A DNA stretch of 63,758 nt, the filler included, from Octopus bimaculoides (taxonomy: Eukaryota): assembly GCF_001194135.2 (NCBI RefSeq). It is 6 parts of 6 records of this genome, joined end to end, with 100 filler letters (N's around TTAATTAATTAA, not from the genome) between each part and the next. Parts side by side here need not be neighbours in the genome. Positions count along the whole stretch, not along the records: positions 8,330 to 22,000 come from NW_026435474.1; positions 22,101 to 50,239 come from NC_069006.1; 4 more parts are not named here. The stretch is one strand, 5' to 3'. The stretch's first letter is position 1, and each line of letters begins with the position of its first letter. Below are positions 21,952 through 35,500 of this stretch, piece by piece. Both the position numbers and the translations under genes were made by a program. The notes under the pieces are model-generated. The model was not told the DNA's origin and made no database searches. It saw only the letters and a list, made by a program, of their open reading frames with translations.

Positions 21952-24563
21952 TATATAAATATACAAATGCATATAGATATATACATATATACAAATATAT
22001 NNNNNNNNNNNNNNNNNNNNNNNNNNNNNNNNNNNNNNNNNNNNTTAATTAATTAANNNNNNNNNNNNNNNNNNNNNNNNNNNNNNNNNNNNNNNNNNNN
22101 ATTTTTGAAACTGTGTCTAGTGATTTAGATCGCTGGCCTTCGGTCTAAAATCTTTATTGAAACTGTGTCTAAAAATCTAGATCGCTGGCGTTGGGTCTAA
22201 AATCATTTTTGAAACTGTGTCTAGTGATTCAGATCGCTGGCCTTCGGTCTAAAATCTTTATTGAAACTGTGTCTAAAGATCTAGATCGCTGGCGTTGGGT
22301 CTAAAATTGTTATTGAAACTGTGTCTAGTGATTTAGATCGCTGGCCTTCGGTCTAAAATCTTTATTGAAACTGTGTCTAAAGATCTAGATCGCTGGCGTA
22401 GGGTCTAAAATCGTTATTGAAACTGTGTCTAGTGATTTAGATCGCTGGCCTTCGGTCTAAAATCTTTATTGAAACTGTGTCTAAAGATCTAGATCGCTGG
22501 CCCTCGGTCTCAAATTTTATGAAAACTATGTCTAAAGATTTAAATCACTGGCCTTCGGTCTAAAATCTTTATTGTAACTGTGCCTAAAGATTTAGATCGC
22601 TGGCTTTTCGTCTAATTTTTTTATTGAAACTCTGTTTGAAGATTTAGGTTACTGATATCCGGTTTAAGACTTTTCTCGACCCTTCACTAGCCTTGAATCT
22701 AAAATCTTTATTGAATCTGTGACCAAATATTTAGATCACTGTCCTTTGGTCTAAAATCTTTAGTGACACTTTATCTAAAAACTCAGATTGATGGCCTTGG
22801 GGATACATTCTTTAATGAAATTATGTTAAAAGATTGAGAACGCTGACATTCGGTCTAAATTCTTTATTCAGTCTATGTCTGAAGATTTAAATCGCTGGGC
22901 TTGGGTCAAAAATCTTTAGTAGAATGGTGCCTAAAGATTCAGATGCCTGGCCTTGGGTCTAAAATCTTTAGTAGAATGGTGCCTAAAGATTCAGATGCCT
23001 GGCCTTGGGTCTAAAATCTTTACAGATATTGTATCTAAAGATTTAGATCACTGGCCTTCAATCTAAAATTTTTAGTGACACTCTCTAAAGATTCAGATCG
23101 CTGGCCTTAGGTCTAAAATCCTTAGTGAAACTGTGTCTAAAGAATTACATCACTGACTTTCGTTCTTAAATCTCTTGAGAAATTGTGCCTAAAGATTTAT
23201 GACTGGCCTTTGGTCTAAGATTGTTACTGAAGTGGTGTCTAGAGATTTCGATCACAAGCCTTCCATCTCAAATCTCTTGTGTAATTGTCTCTAAAGATTT
23301 AGATGACTGGCCTTTGATCTAATATCTCTAGTGAACCAGTATCTAAAGATTTACATCACTCGTCTTCCGTCTTGAAAGTCATGTGATATTTTGTCTAAAG
23401 ATTTATATGACAGGCCTTTGGTTTAAAATTTCTTGTGACGCAGCTTCTAAAAATTAGAACACAGGTCTTCGTTCTAAAATCTCTTGTGAATCAGTGTCTA
23501 AATATCTAGACCACTAGCCTGACGTCTAAAATCTCTAAAGCAACTGATGCTTAAGATTTAGATCTTAGTCTCTAGTTTAGGGCCTAAAATCACTAGCAGA
23601 CTATACCTAAATATATGAATCATTGGCCTCGGGTTTAAAATCTCTAGTGACACTGTGTTTAAAGATTTAGATTAGTGACCTGGCTTGAGGTCTAAAATCT
23701 GATGTGAATTTATATGTAACGGTTATATTGTCTTACATTTTTTAGATCACTGACCAGAAGAATAAAATTCCCAATGAGGTACCAACAGCAATACATACCA
23801 GTGGCCTGATTTCTGATATCTATATTCAACTCTGTCTAAACATTTGTATTATTGTCCATGAGTCAAAAATCTCTGCTGGAAATGTGTCTAAAGATTTAGA
23901 CCAATGACTCGCAGTCTAAAATCTCTACTGCGAATGTGTCAAAAATTTATTTCCCTGATCTTGGATCTAAAATATTTTAGGAAATTGTTTCTAAATATTT
24001 AGATCACTAGCCTGATCCAACATTTCCAATGTTACTGTGTCTAAAGATATAGATTACTGGCGCTTTTAAGTGAATGTATGTTTAAAAATTCACATCTAAA
24101 AGCCGATATCACTGGCCTGAGTTCAATATCTTTATTGGAACATTGTCTAAATGATTAAGATATTGTTCTGAGGTTTCAAATCCCCAGTGAAATTTATGTC
24201 TGCAGACTTAGATCACTGATCTGAGTATGTCACTGTGTCTAAATATTTATATTGATGGCCTGAAGACTAAAATCGCGGCGAAGTTATGTCGAAATTTAGA
24301 TCGATCCCCTGAAACTATTATTTCAAGATGGATATTAAAATTATATCGCAAAAATTTTCATGTCAGTCCTCTGCTCTAAAAGCAACAAAAACAAAACAGC
24401 GTTATATATGTTTATGCACACACACACACACACACGCGCACACACACACGCACACGCACACGCACACGCACACGCACACGCACACGCGCACACACGCACA
24501 CACACACACACACACACACATATAATATGTATATACATTTATATACACAATAATGCATATATA

Positions 24564-24599
<36 letters not shown>

Positions 24600-24745
24600 C
24601 ATATGTGCGTGTGCGTGTGTATATATATATATATACATATGAGTGTGTGTGTGTGTATCGTTAATTTTATTGTCACAAGGGATTTGAGGTCAGTGATTTA
24701 AATATTTATGCACTATCACACGAGGGATTTGAAACTTTAAAGCAT

Positions 24746-24810
<65 letters not shown>

Positions 24811-24829
24811 TACGATTGACCGTTGACTG

Positions 24830-25000
24830 AACACTATTCAATTTTTTTTTCTCCGTGTTTTTCTCCCTGTCTCCGTATTCTTTCTGTTGAAGAGCGTAGC
24901 TCGAAACGTCAAAGACTTTCCGTATTCCCGAGCGTCATACTAATATATACTTTTGTTATTTACACCACCTGTCCTCGTCTGTTGTTATTATTTGTATATT
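24830..25000 (+). mobile_element. Penelope-like terminal-repeat fragment
   Basis: gttgaagagcgtagctcgaaacgtcaaagac...actaatatatacttttgtt...acaccacctgtcctcgtc; related to 13470-13600 (minus) and 48985-49040. Confidence 0.7.
24879..24915 (+). ncRNA. Minimal type I hammerhead-like motif with variant core CUGUUGA
   Basis: UCUUU-CUGUUGA-A-GAGC(GUA)GCUC-GAAA-C-G-U-C/AAAGA: perfect 5-bp stem I, 4-bp stem II, GUC triplet; conserved A6 is U. Confidence 0.6.
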
Positions 25001-25379
25001 CTCCCATATATGTATATATACGTGTATATCTTTAAACATAACCACAGTATCGATTTTAGACTTCCTGTTATTGATATAAAGCATTAAACCCAGTCTCGCC
25101 AGTCACGTTAGACTTCTGGTCAATGATCTAAGTATTTAGTCAATCTCGGTAGGTATTAACACAGTGTCACTGCAGATATGAGACATCAAGTTAAATGCTT
25201 GTTCAGTTGGCCGCACATAAGATTTTGCGTCGTTCCAATGATGTAAGCATTTAGACAGATTCCCACATGGATATTGAGAATTCTGGCCAGTTTTTTTTGT
25301 TTTTTTGTTTGTTTTTTAACTTATAGATATAGATTCTTAAACGTTCCTGAGGGATAAATATTGGTTTCAAAATGTTTGC

Positions 25380-25540
25380 ACACATCTAGATCACAAACAT
25401 TGTGTCCAAATTTCAGGGGACACTCCTGAAGTCGATTGTAGCGACTGCAGTGCTCAATTGGTACTTTTTTTTATCGACCTCGAGAAGATGACAAGCAAAT
25501 TCAACCTCAGCGGAATTTGAACTCGAAGCGCTGGAGAGAT
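25380..25540 (-). mobile_element. SINE family B fragment
   Basis: ggtact.tttttatcgacc...aaattcaacctcagcggaatttgaactc matches 40130-40195. Confidence 0.8.
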
Positions 25541-25724
25541 CAAATTTTAAACAGACACTTACTAAGTTTATGACATCTCAATGCAGTGGACTATGCTCGG
25601 ATTTAGTCTGAAATGCGATTTTACACTCCCTGTACATTGATTAAAATCTTTACACCCGGCGTTTTAAATCAGTGATGAATATAATTAGTCTCACTATTTA
25701 ACTAAAGAACTGCGTGCATGCATG

Positions 25725-25890
25725 CATCAGCCTGCTGCCTCCTACCTCATAGCTATCCGTCGCATGCGCTGGTTCGGACATGTCCTCTGTCTCCCGTTAG
25801 TTCATCCTACTAGGGTGGTGATGGTGATGGTGGTGATAATGTCTGAGGGGAACATCCTGTGGTGAGCCGGTGTCTCTGTGTTGAGAGGTT
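25725..25890 (+). mobile_element. RTE-like LINE 3' ORF fragment
   Basis: Translation IRRMRWFGHVLCLPLVHPTRVV (RxRWFGHV motif). Confidence 0.7.
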
Positions 25891-28800
25891 TAAATGGATT
25901 CTTTGAATTAGCTTAGCCTAACGAAACGGTGTCTGAAAATGTTCCTAACTGACTCAGTAGAGATTTTGGATATTATGTCAGTAATGATATACTATCCAAA
26001 ATCTCTACTGCTATTTTAGACTCCAAAAGAGCGAGAGAAATATTCTGTCACAGCCGAGCCAGAATTCGAAACTTAAGACCAGTGATCGATATATCTAAGC
26101 AGTTTCACAAGGGATTAGTCTAAACCTTTGACAATGATCTAAATCTTTATTTATTGTCTCATTAAGGATTTTCATCTAAACATAGTGGTCTCAATCCTTA
26201 GACATTATTTCGCTCGGATCTTCAGACCTAAGGCTAGTGACTTTAATCTTTAGAGATAGTCTAGCTTACATAGCTTTAAGACGACTGATCAGAAAGACCT
26301 CTGGGATTCGAGATCTTGACTTAGGGTTTAATTATTTGGGTTTAATTATTTGGGTCACAAGCCTCTCATTTAATTGCCTTACACACAGTTTCACTGGATA
26401 TTTTAGACCTCAAGCCAGTGATAGAAATACCTCAGGTTACTGATCGTTCTATTTCAACGCAAATGAACCAGTTTTCTTACTTAGGTCACTGGCTTGAAGT
26501 ATCAAATTCCTCTTTCGATTCTTCGTAAATATTTAGATCATTGTCTAAAGTACCAAATCCTTATCTCATCTAGATTTAAATCATTAGATTACTGGCCTAA
26601 GGTATTAAATTCCTAGTTCAACTGTGTTCCAGTCATTTGCTTGCTGGCCTGCAGCAGCAGTTTCCTACTTTGGCAGTGTAAAAACTATATCCCTAGTTCA
26701 AATGTATTTAAATCTTTAGAACATTGGTCTGATATATGAACTCTCAATTCGGGATGTGTTTAGAATCTGAGGTGTGTTTAAAATCTGTTATAACAAATCT
26801 CTAGTTCAAGTGTGTTTATGCCGGAAGATGACTGAACTGGGTTATCAAATCTCGGATTTATGTGTTTCAATAATTAAATCATTTATGTCTTAAATCCCTT
26901 GTTCAACTGTATTTAGATGTTTCGTTCACAGCTAGAGTTATTAAATCCTTAGAGCAAATGTGTGTGAATAGCTTGATTGCAGTCCTGAAGTATCGAATTT
27001 CTATTTCAAATGAGTTCAAATCCTGTTACTTCCAACCTTAGATATCGAATCCTTAATTTTTGTGTTTCAATAATTAGATCGCCGGTTTCAAGTACGAAAT
27101 CCCTTCAGCAACGATGCAGATATTCTGAGATATTTGACTGAACTAAAACGATAAGTCTGGCGTAACAAAACTCCGGTTTGTCTGTGTTTAAATGCTCGGA
27201 TCACTGGCTTGTAGAATCAAATCCGTACCCCAATATATTCAAATTTTTTTAGATCATTTGCCTGAAGTAACAAATACCTAGCTAGGCGATCTTTAAATCC
27301 TTAAATCATTGTCCTAAAGTGTAAAACTACCAGTTGAGTAGTGTTTACATCATCCATTCACGGGCCTGAATTATGTAAATTCGACTTCATTTGTATATTA
27401 CTTTTTATAACATTGAGCTGAGGTATTAAATCCATATGATAACTCTGTCGAAATATTTAGCCCACTGGCCTAAATTATTAAATCCTTTTTTCAGCTGCAT
27501 TTGAATACTTCAATCAAATCCGTCTTGTGCCTGTGGATCAATCCTTAGTTAAATGGCCTGGTAGCCTCAGACATCGGATCCATTTTTCAACTGCGAGTCT
27601 ATCCTAAGATAAATGGCCAGATAGTCACAGGAAGCAAATCTCTAGTTTTCCAATGTTAAAATCCTCGGATCACTGAGCTGAGTTATCAAACCACTATTTT
27701 AACTACGTTGAAATAATTTGATCGCCGGCCTGGGATATCAAATCAATTTTTCGATCGCTGGTCTGATGTATGAAATTCCTATAAAGACAGTGCTTAAATC
27801 ATTTGTTCACTGGTCTATGGTATAAAATCCTTCACATCAATCGTGCTTACATTCTTTAAACTTGAGATGTGATATCTCACACGACTGACCTTTGATTTGA
27901 GACACCGATAAATTAGGGATTTATACCCCACTTCGGTTATCTAAAAATATGAATACTCTCAAAATATAAATTTTATATCAAAGGCCTGTGATCCAAAGTT
28001 TTAAATGCAATTGAACTAGAAATTTGATACCTCTTTAAGCAGGATTAAAATCTAGATTTCGCATCTCTGACCAGTAATGTTATTTATATACAGATGAACT
28101 TGAGATTTCGCATTTCAGTCCACTTTATCTATGGATTATATCACAGTCGAATTAAGGTTTCCATACTGTTAAAGGAGATCTGAAGCGCTTGATAGATTTC
28201 GTTTCGAAGTTTTCTACCACAGTCCAGCAATCTTTAAACTCTGTTATCCTAGCGACTTGTTACCTGATCTAAGGATTTAAACACAGTGTTTGTTAGAATT
28301 TTAAGCTTCAAATCAGTGATATATAGATTTAAACTGGATTAAACTAAAGATTTGAAGCTTCAGGGCAATGATGTATAAATTTAAACTTCGTTAAACTAGA
28401 GATTTGAAACCTCAAAGCAATGCTCTATAAATTTAAACTCAGTTGAACTAGAGACTTGATACATGAGGTCAATTACTTTGTGGTGCATGTTTTGGTTCAC
28501 AGCGTTCTGATTTCAAACCGCGTTGCAGTCAACTTTACCCTTTATCCTTTGTGTGTGATAAAAAGATATACAAATCGAAGGTGTATGATTGTCGGAGTTG
28601 TCAGAACATCGAGCAAAATATTTTACAGTCTTAGTGGTCTGAGTTATTGTGTTGTAGACTTAATTCATCGTCCATTTTTGCACCAATACCTCATTTACGG
28701 TTGCCTTTGGCGGAATTCACATTGCTACAAGCATTCGGGTCACGTCTACGATTTGAATATAATTTCCTCCTTCCTCTGATCAATCTACATATGGCAGAAA

Positions 28801-29245
28801 AAAATTGAATGCTCACTATCTTTCCTTCGTTGACTAAACGTGAAAAGACTAACGAGGGTTTTATAGATCAAACCAGTAATCCAAATGTTTAGACACAATT
28901 GCCCAAGAGATTTGAAACTTAAACGTTCATGATCAGAGGATTTAGACATTATTAAACAAGGGATTAAAACTTAATTTATATATACATAATTTATATATAT
29001 AATTTTGATATATATTCACAAGAGGTTTGAAACCTAAAGTCAGTTTTGTAAATATTAATACACAGTCTCGAAGGAGGTTTTAAATTAAAAGCTTGAAATC
29101 TAAGAATATTTGCTGCAATCTCTTGGAATAACATGAGACTGAGAATCACTTCTAAATACTTCCACACAGTCTAAAAAGTTGAGACGTAATTAAATGATTT
29201 GGGATCGATTAATTTAGATGCAAAATTACCCCGCATGAGTAAGCA

Positions 29246-29594
29246 GGTATTTTGAAAACACTGCATAGTTACGGGCTACCCTTCGGCAAGCTACAGCATC
29301 CATTCAGCCGCCCTCTCGGAGAGACGACGAAGTCATAAGACTGCAGCATGGTGGGTTGTGAAGAGGTAGCGGAAGAGCTCAACTCAGCCAACAGTATTTC
29401 ATTCGCTAATGCTGAGCAGAGGAATCCTAGAAAGTCAATAGTCAGGAACTCCAATCTCTATTAAGGGGTGGCATCCATGGTTGTGTAATCAGCTAATGAA
29501 AGATTCCACTATGACTCAAACTCCCAATTCATATCTATAAATGAATTAGATGGCGACATGGAGTCATGGGAATCCGCGAAAGCAGCGAAAAAGC
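29246..29594 (+). repeat. Dispersed repeat homologous (inverted) to 59878-60262
   Basis: Shared blocks actgcagcatggtgg, gagctcaact.agccaac, ggcatccatggttgt, gctaatgaaagattc, gagtcatg.gaatc. Confidence 0.85.
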
Positions 29595-32500
29595 AATTTA
29601 GATGCAGATTTACGTGGATTTTAAACATTACGAAAGAGATTCAAATCTCTAGAGAGAATGTGACTTTGGATAAAAGATTTAAGGCTAGTGATATAAAGGT
29701 TCAGTCACTAGGATTTAAGAGTGAAAACTAGCGATATGAGACTTAAGCCAGCAAGCTAAATGTTTAGATGCTTACCAAACAGGGAATTGGGTCATAATGC
29801 CACTGCTGTAAACCTTTATACACAATCTCACCAAGGCCAACGATCAAAATCTTTAGTCATTATCTCACTCGGGACTTGAGGCTTATGGTCATTGATAAAA
29901 ATTTTTGATACTCTCACAGGAGAATTGAGACTTAAAACCAGGGATACAAATGTTCAGACATTATGCCTAAAATTTTTAGTGAAAATATATCTACAATTTA
30001 CATCACTGTCCTTCAGTCTAAAATGTCTAGTAAAGTTTGTTTACGATTTTTATCACTCATCTTTGGTCTAAAATCTTTAGTGAATGTTATCTAAAGCTTC
30101 AGATCGCTGGCCTTTGGGCTAAAATCGCTAGTGAAAATGTATTTAAAGTTTTAAATCAATTGTCTTAAGTCTAAAAATCTCTAGTGAAGATTTATCTAAT
30201 GACTTAAGTCAGTATCTTGAGTCTAAAATGTCTAGGGAAGATTGTATGACGATTTAGATCACGGATCTAAAATCTTTAGTGAAGATGTATCTAAAGACTT
30301 ATATCACTGGCCTTTGATCTAAAATCTCAAGTAAAGATTGTCTGTCAATTTTGAATACTCTCCTCGAGTCTCAAATTTGTAATGGAAATCTCTCTAAAGA
30401 TTCATATTACTGGCCTTGGGTCTCAAATCTCTAGCGAAGATTGTCTGACAATATTGATTACTGGCCTTTGGTCAGAAATATCTAGCGAAGACGTATCTAA
30501 AGATTTAGAACACTAACCTTTGCTACAAAATGTCTAGTGAAGATTGTCTAATGATTTAGATCACTGACTGGCTGTTACTCAAGATTAAGACCAATGGCCT
30601 TCAGACTAAAATATTTAGTGAAGCTGTACCTAATTATGTAGATCACTGGCCTCCATTCTCAAAACTCTGGTGAACCTATGAGTAAAGAATTCGATCACTC
30701 ACCTTGTCTGAAGTCTCCAATGAAGCAGTCACTAAGGATATATATCACCGGCTTTGGGTCTAAAATTTCTAGTGAATATAGATCTAAAGATTTAGATTAC
30801 TGGCCTTATGTCTAAAATCTCTAATGAAGCTGTCATTAAAGACACAGATCAAGTCTTTGGGTTTAAAATCTGTAGTGAGAATGTGCATAAAGATTTACAC
30901 TACTGACCTTGGGTCAAAACTTTTATGTGAAGTTATGTCTACAGATTTAGATCAATGAATGAGCTTGCATTAATCTTTTGTGAAGCAATGTCTAAAAATT
31001 TTGATCATTTGCCATGAGCCTAAAACCTTTTGTGATGTACTTTCTAAAGATTTAGATCACTAGACCTGGAACTAAAGCCTTTTGTGAAGGCTGTGTCTTA
31101 AAATTTAGATCACTGGCCTTGGGGCTAAAGTGCCTATAGAAGATGATCAAAAACATTTAGCTCACTGGTGCTGCTACTAATATCCCAAATTAAGCTGTCC
31201 CTAAGAATTTACATCACAGGCCTTGTGTATCAAATCTATGAAGATGTCTAACCATTTGGATTACTGACCATAGGTATGAAATCTTTTATGAAGCAGCGTC
31301 TACAGATATAAATCAATGGCCTTGTGCCTGAAATGTCCAATAAAGATGGTCAAAAAGATTTACATCACATTTGTTGGGTCTAAAATTTTTATGAAACTGT
31401 TTCTAAAGATTTAGATCACTGAACTGGGTTATCAAATCTCAGATTTATGTGTTTCATTAATTAAATCACTTATGTCTTAAATCCCTTGTTCAACTGTACT
31501 TAGATGTTTCGTTCACAGCTAGAGTTATTAAATCCCTAGTGCAAATGTGTATGAATAGATTTAAATCATGGCCCTTCGATCTGAAATCTTTTGTGAAGCT
31601 ATGTCTGAAGATTTGGACTACATACCTTAGGTCTAAAATTTTTTGTAAAGTTGTGTCTAGATATTTAGATCTCCAGCTTTTATTTTAAAATCTCTACTAA
31701 AGCTGTATTTAATGATTTAAATCACTAGTCTTGGATTTAACATCTTTAGTAAAGCATCATCAAAAGTGTTAGATTCCTGGACTTTGGCTTAAGTTGTGTC
31801 CAGACCTTGCGTTAACTTCATATGACAAGCAACAAGACTAATATCTTTAGTGAAACTTGTGCTCAAGATTAAAATTAATGGGACAAAACCCCCTGAAGAA
31901 ACTGTATCTAAAGATGTATTTTGATGCTTTTGTGGATAAAGATTTTAGAGAAACTGTAGAATAAATTTAAACCAATGTCATTTGGTCTATAATCTCTAGT
32001 GAAATTGTGACTGAAAATTTGGATCACTGGATTTTGGTCTAAAATCTATTGTGAAGCTGTGTGTGAAGATTCATGTCACTGGCCTTCAGTCTAAAATATT
32101 TAGTGAAGCTATGCCTAATGATTTAGAACACTGGCCTCCAGTCTAAAACTTCTGGTGAAACTATCTCTAAAGAATTAGTTACTGTCAAAAGATATAAATC
32201 ATTGGCATTTCACGTTGAAACTCGAATATTATAATTTGTAAAGATTTATACATTTAGCCCTAGGTAGAAAAACAGTTGTAAGCCAATGTCTTAGCAGTTT
32301 TGACCAGAAGTCAAAAATGTCAGTTCACAGACCCTAGGACTAAAATCTTCTGTGGCATTTGACTTGAAGATAAAGATTTGTGGAAGTGCTGCTAAAATCT
32401 CTGAAAAGAATCTGTCTAGACATTAAATTTACTATTGTTGTGATTAAAATTTCCAGCGAAACAGTCCCTAAAATCACTGGCATTCTCACTAATATCTCCA

Positions 32501-35500
32501 ATAAAAGTGTGTCTAAAGATTTATATCGCTGGCCTTGGGTCTAATATCTCTGTGTTTACACATTTAGATCACTACACTTCAGACTAAAATTTCTGATAAA
32601 TCTACCTTTAAACTAGCTTTGAAACAAAAATCTTTTGTGAAACTCTGTCTACACATTTAGATGGCTGTCTTGGGATTTCAGTACTTTGGGAAGTTGTGAC
32701 TCGATATTAAGATCAGTAGTCAAAAATTCTTTTGAAGCTGTGTCTAACGTCCTTGGTTTCAGTCTAAAATTTCTATTGTATGGTCAGTCTAAAAATTTTA
32801 CATCACTGGCCTTGGGTCTAAAATTTTTAGTAAAGATCTGTCTAAAGACCTAAATCACAAGCATGGGGTCTTGAAACTCTTGTGATGTTATTTATAAACA
32901 GCTGGACTATTAACCCTGTTGGAGAAGCACAAATGAGCCTGTGATTCAAAATTTCTGACATGTCAAAAGATTTGGTTTGCTGCTCTTGTGTTTAGAAATT
33001 TTAGAGAAACTGTAGCAAAAAATTAAGACCTATAAAATCTCTAGTGAAGGTATGTCTAGAAATTTAGATCCTTGGCCATGGGTCTAAAGTTTCCATTGAA
33101 ACTGACTTGACAGATTTCAGTCACTGGCATTGTGTTTGAAATCTATTGTAAATCTGTCCCTAAAGTTTTAAATCTCACTAGCCCTGAGGTAAAAATCGTT
33201 CATGAAGCTCTGTAACAGATTTAGATGGCTGGCCTTAGGTCGACAATATTTGGTGAAGCAATATAAATAGACTCAGATCACTGGCCCTCTGTCTAAAGTT
33301 TCGAGTGAAGCATTGCCTAAATATTTATGTCACCGGCCTTCACTCAAATATCTCTTTTGAAACTGTGTCTAAAATCTTACATCCCTTGGTTCTAAAATAT
33401 TTATGAAATAGTGACTAAAATCTTAGTTCACTGTTTAAGGATTTAGATCACTGGCCTTGGGTATATTTTATTTTGCATAGCAGTTTCTCAATAATTACAT
33501 CACTGGCAAGCTTGTGTCTAAATAATTGAGGTCACTGACTGAGGGACTCAATTTTGAAGTGAAAATGCGTCTAAATTTTGAAATCTCAATCCTCGGATCA
33601 GATCAGAAATTTTTAGTGTCCTTGTGGCTAAAATCTTTCGTGAATTATCTTTAAATATTTACATCACTGTCCTGAGTCTAAAGCTCTGTCAAAATATTTA
33701 AATTGCTGGCCTTTGGTCTAAAATCTTTTGTGAAACTATGTCTATAGACTTCAATCACTGGCTTTGGGTCTAAAATGTTTTCTGAACCTGTATCTGAAGA
33801 TTTATATGACTGGCCTTGGGTCGAAAATCTTTTACGAAGCTGTCAATAGATTGAGATCACTGACATTGTAGCTAAAATCTTTTGTGAAGCGATGACAAAA
33901 CATTTAGATAACTGGACCTTGCTCTAAAATCTCTAGTGAAGCCCTAATAAAGATTTAGATCCCTGGCCTCCAGTTAAAGTCTTTTGTGAAGCTATGTCTG
34001 AAGATTTCACTAGCTGTTTGAAATCTCTAATGAAGTTTTCTCTAAAGATTTCGATCACTGGTCTTGGGTCTAAAATCTTTTTCAAAATTATATCTACAGA
34101 TCTAAATCACAAGCTTTAAGTTTAAAATCATTTATGATGCTGTGTATATAGAATTCAATCACAGGCCATGGGTCTAAAATTTCTAGTGAAGTACTGTCTA
34201 TACGTTTACATCACTGTTCTTGGCACTAAAAAGTTTTGTGAATGTGTGTCTAAAGGTGCTGTGTTTCAATACTTATATGACAAGTCTTGGCTCTAAAATC
34301 TCTAGTTAAAATGTATCTAAAGATTTAGATCACTGGCTTTGAGTCAAAAATCTCTAGAGAAGATGGGTCTAGAAATTTAGATCCTTAACCTTGGGTCTTA
34401 AATCTTTAGTGAAGTTATCTTTGGAGAATAGATTGCTGACCTTTAGTATATAATGTTTTTTGATGTTGAGTCAATAGAGTTACATCACAGCCCTTGTGTT
34501 TAAATTCTTTATTGAAGCTGTTTCTAAGGATTAAGTTCACTGGCCTTGGGTCTAAAATCTTTGTGAAATTACCTTTAGATATTTTGATAACTAGCCTTGC
34601 TTCTAAAATCTCTGTTGAAACTGTGTCTATAGAATAAAACTGCTGGCCTTGCATCTAAAATCTTACATGTAGGTGTGTCTACAGATTTAGGTCACTGACC
34701 TTAGGTCTAAAATGGCCCTGTGTAAAGAATCTCAAGTAAATCAGTATCTGAAGATTCAAATCACTGGACTTTGGTCTAAAATCTCTAGTGAAGCAGTATG
34801 TAAAAGATTTATATCCTGGGCCTTGGGTCTTAAGTCTCAATTAAAATGTGTCTAAAAAATTTGACCACTGACATTAGGTTTGAAATCTCTAGTAAAATGC
34901 TTCTGAAGATTTACATCACTGGCCTTAGAACTAAAATCATTAGCAAATCAGTGTCTAAAGACTTAAATCACAGGCCTTGGGTCTAAAATCTCTAGTGAAG
35001 CAGTGTCTAAATATATATCTTACTGGAGTTGTGTCAGAAATTTATAGTGAAACTGTTTAAAAATACAGGCCACTGGCTTTGGGTATAGAATCTCTTGTGA
35101 AACAATGTCTAAAGATCTATAACACTGGCTTTAAATCTAACATCTTTGATAAAGATATATCTCGAAGATATATCTCGAAGATATACATTACTAACCTTAG
35201 GTCAAAAATCTCTTGTGTAGCATTATCTAAACATCTAGATCACTGAACATGTGTATAAAATTTCTAGCAAGATAGTGTGCAAAAATTTAAGTCACCAGGT
35301 TTGTGTCTAAACTCTTTAGTGAAGCAGTGTCTAAAGATATAGATTACTGGCCTTGGGTTGGAAATCTCTAAAGAAAATGTGTCTAAACATATAGATCATT
35401 CGCCTTAGTACCAAAATCTCTTGGGAAGATGTACCTTAAGATTTATATTACTCACATTGAGTCTAAAATGTCTGGTGAAGCAGTGACTAAAGATTTAGAT

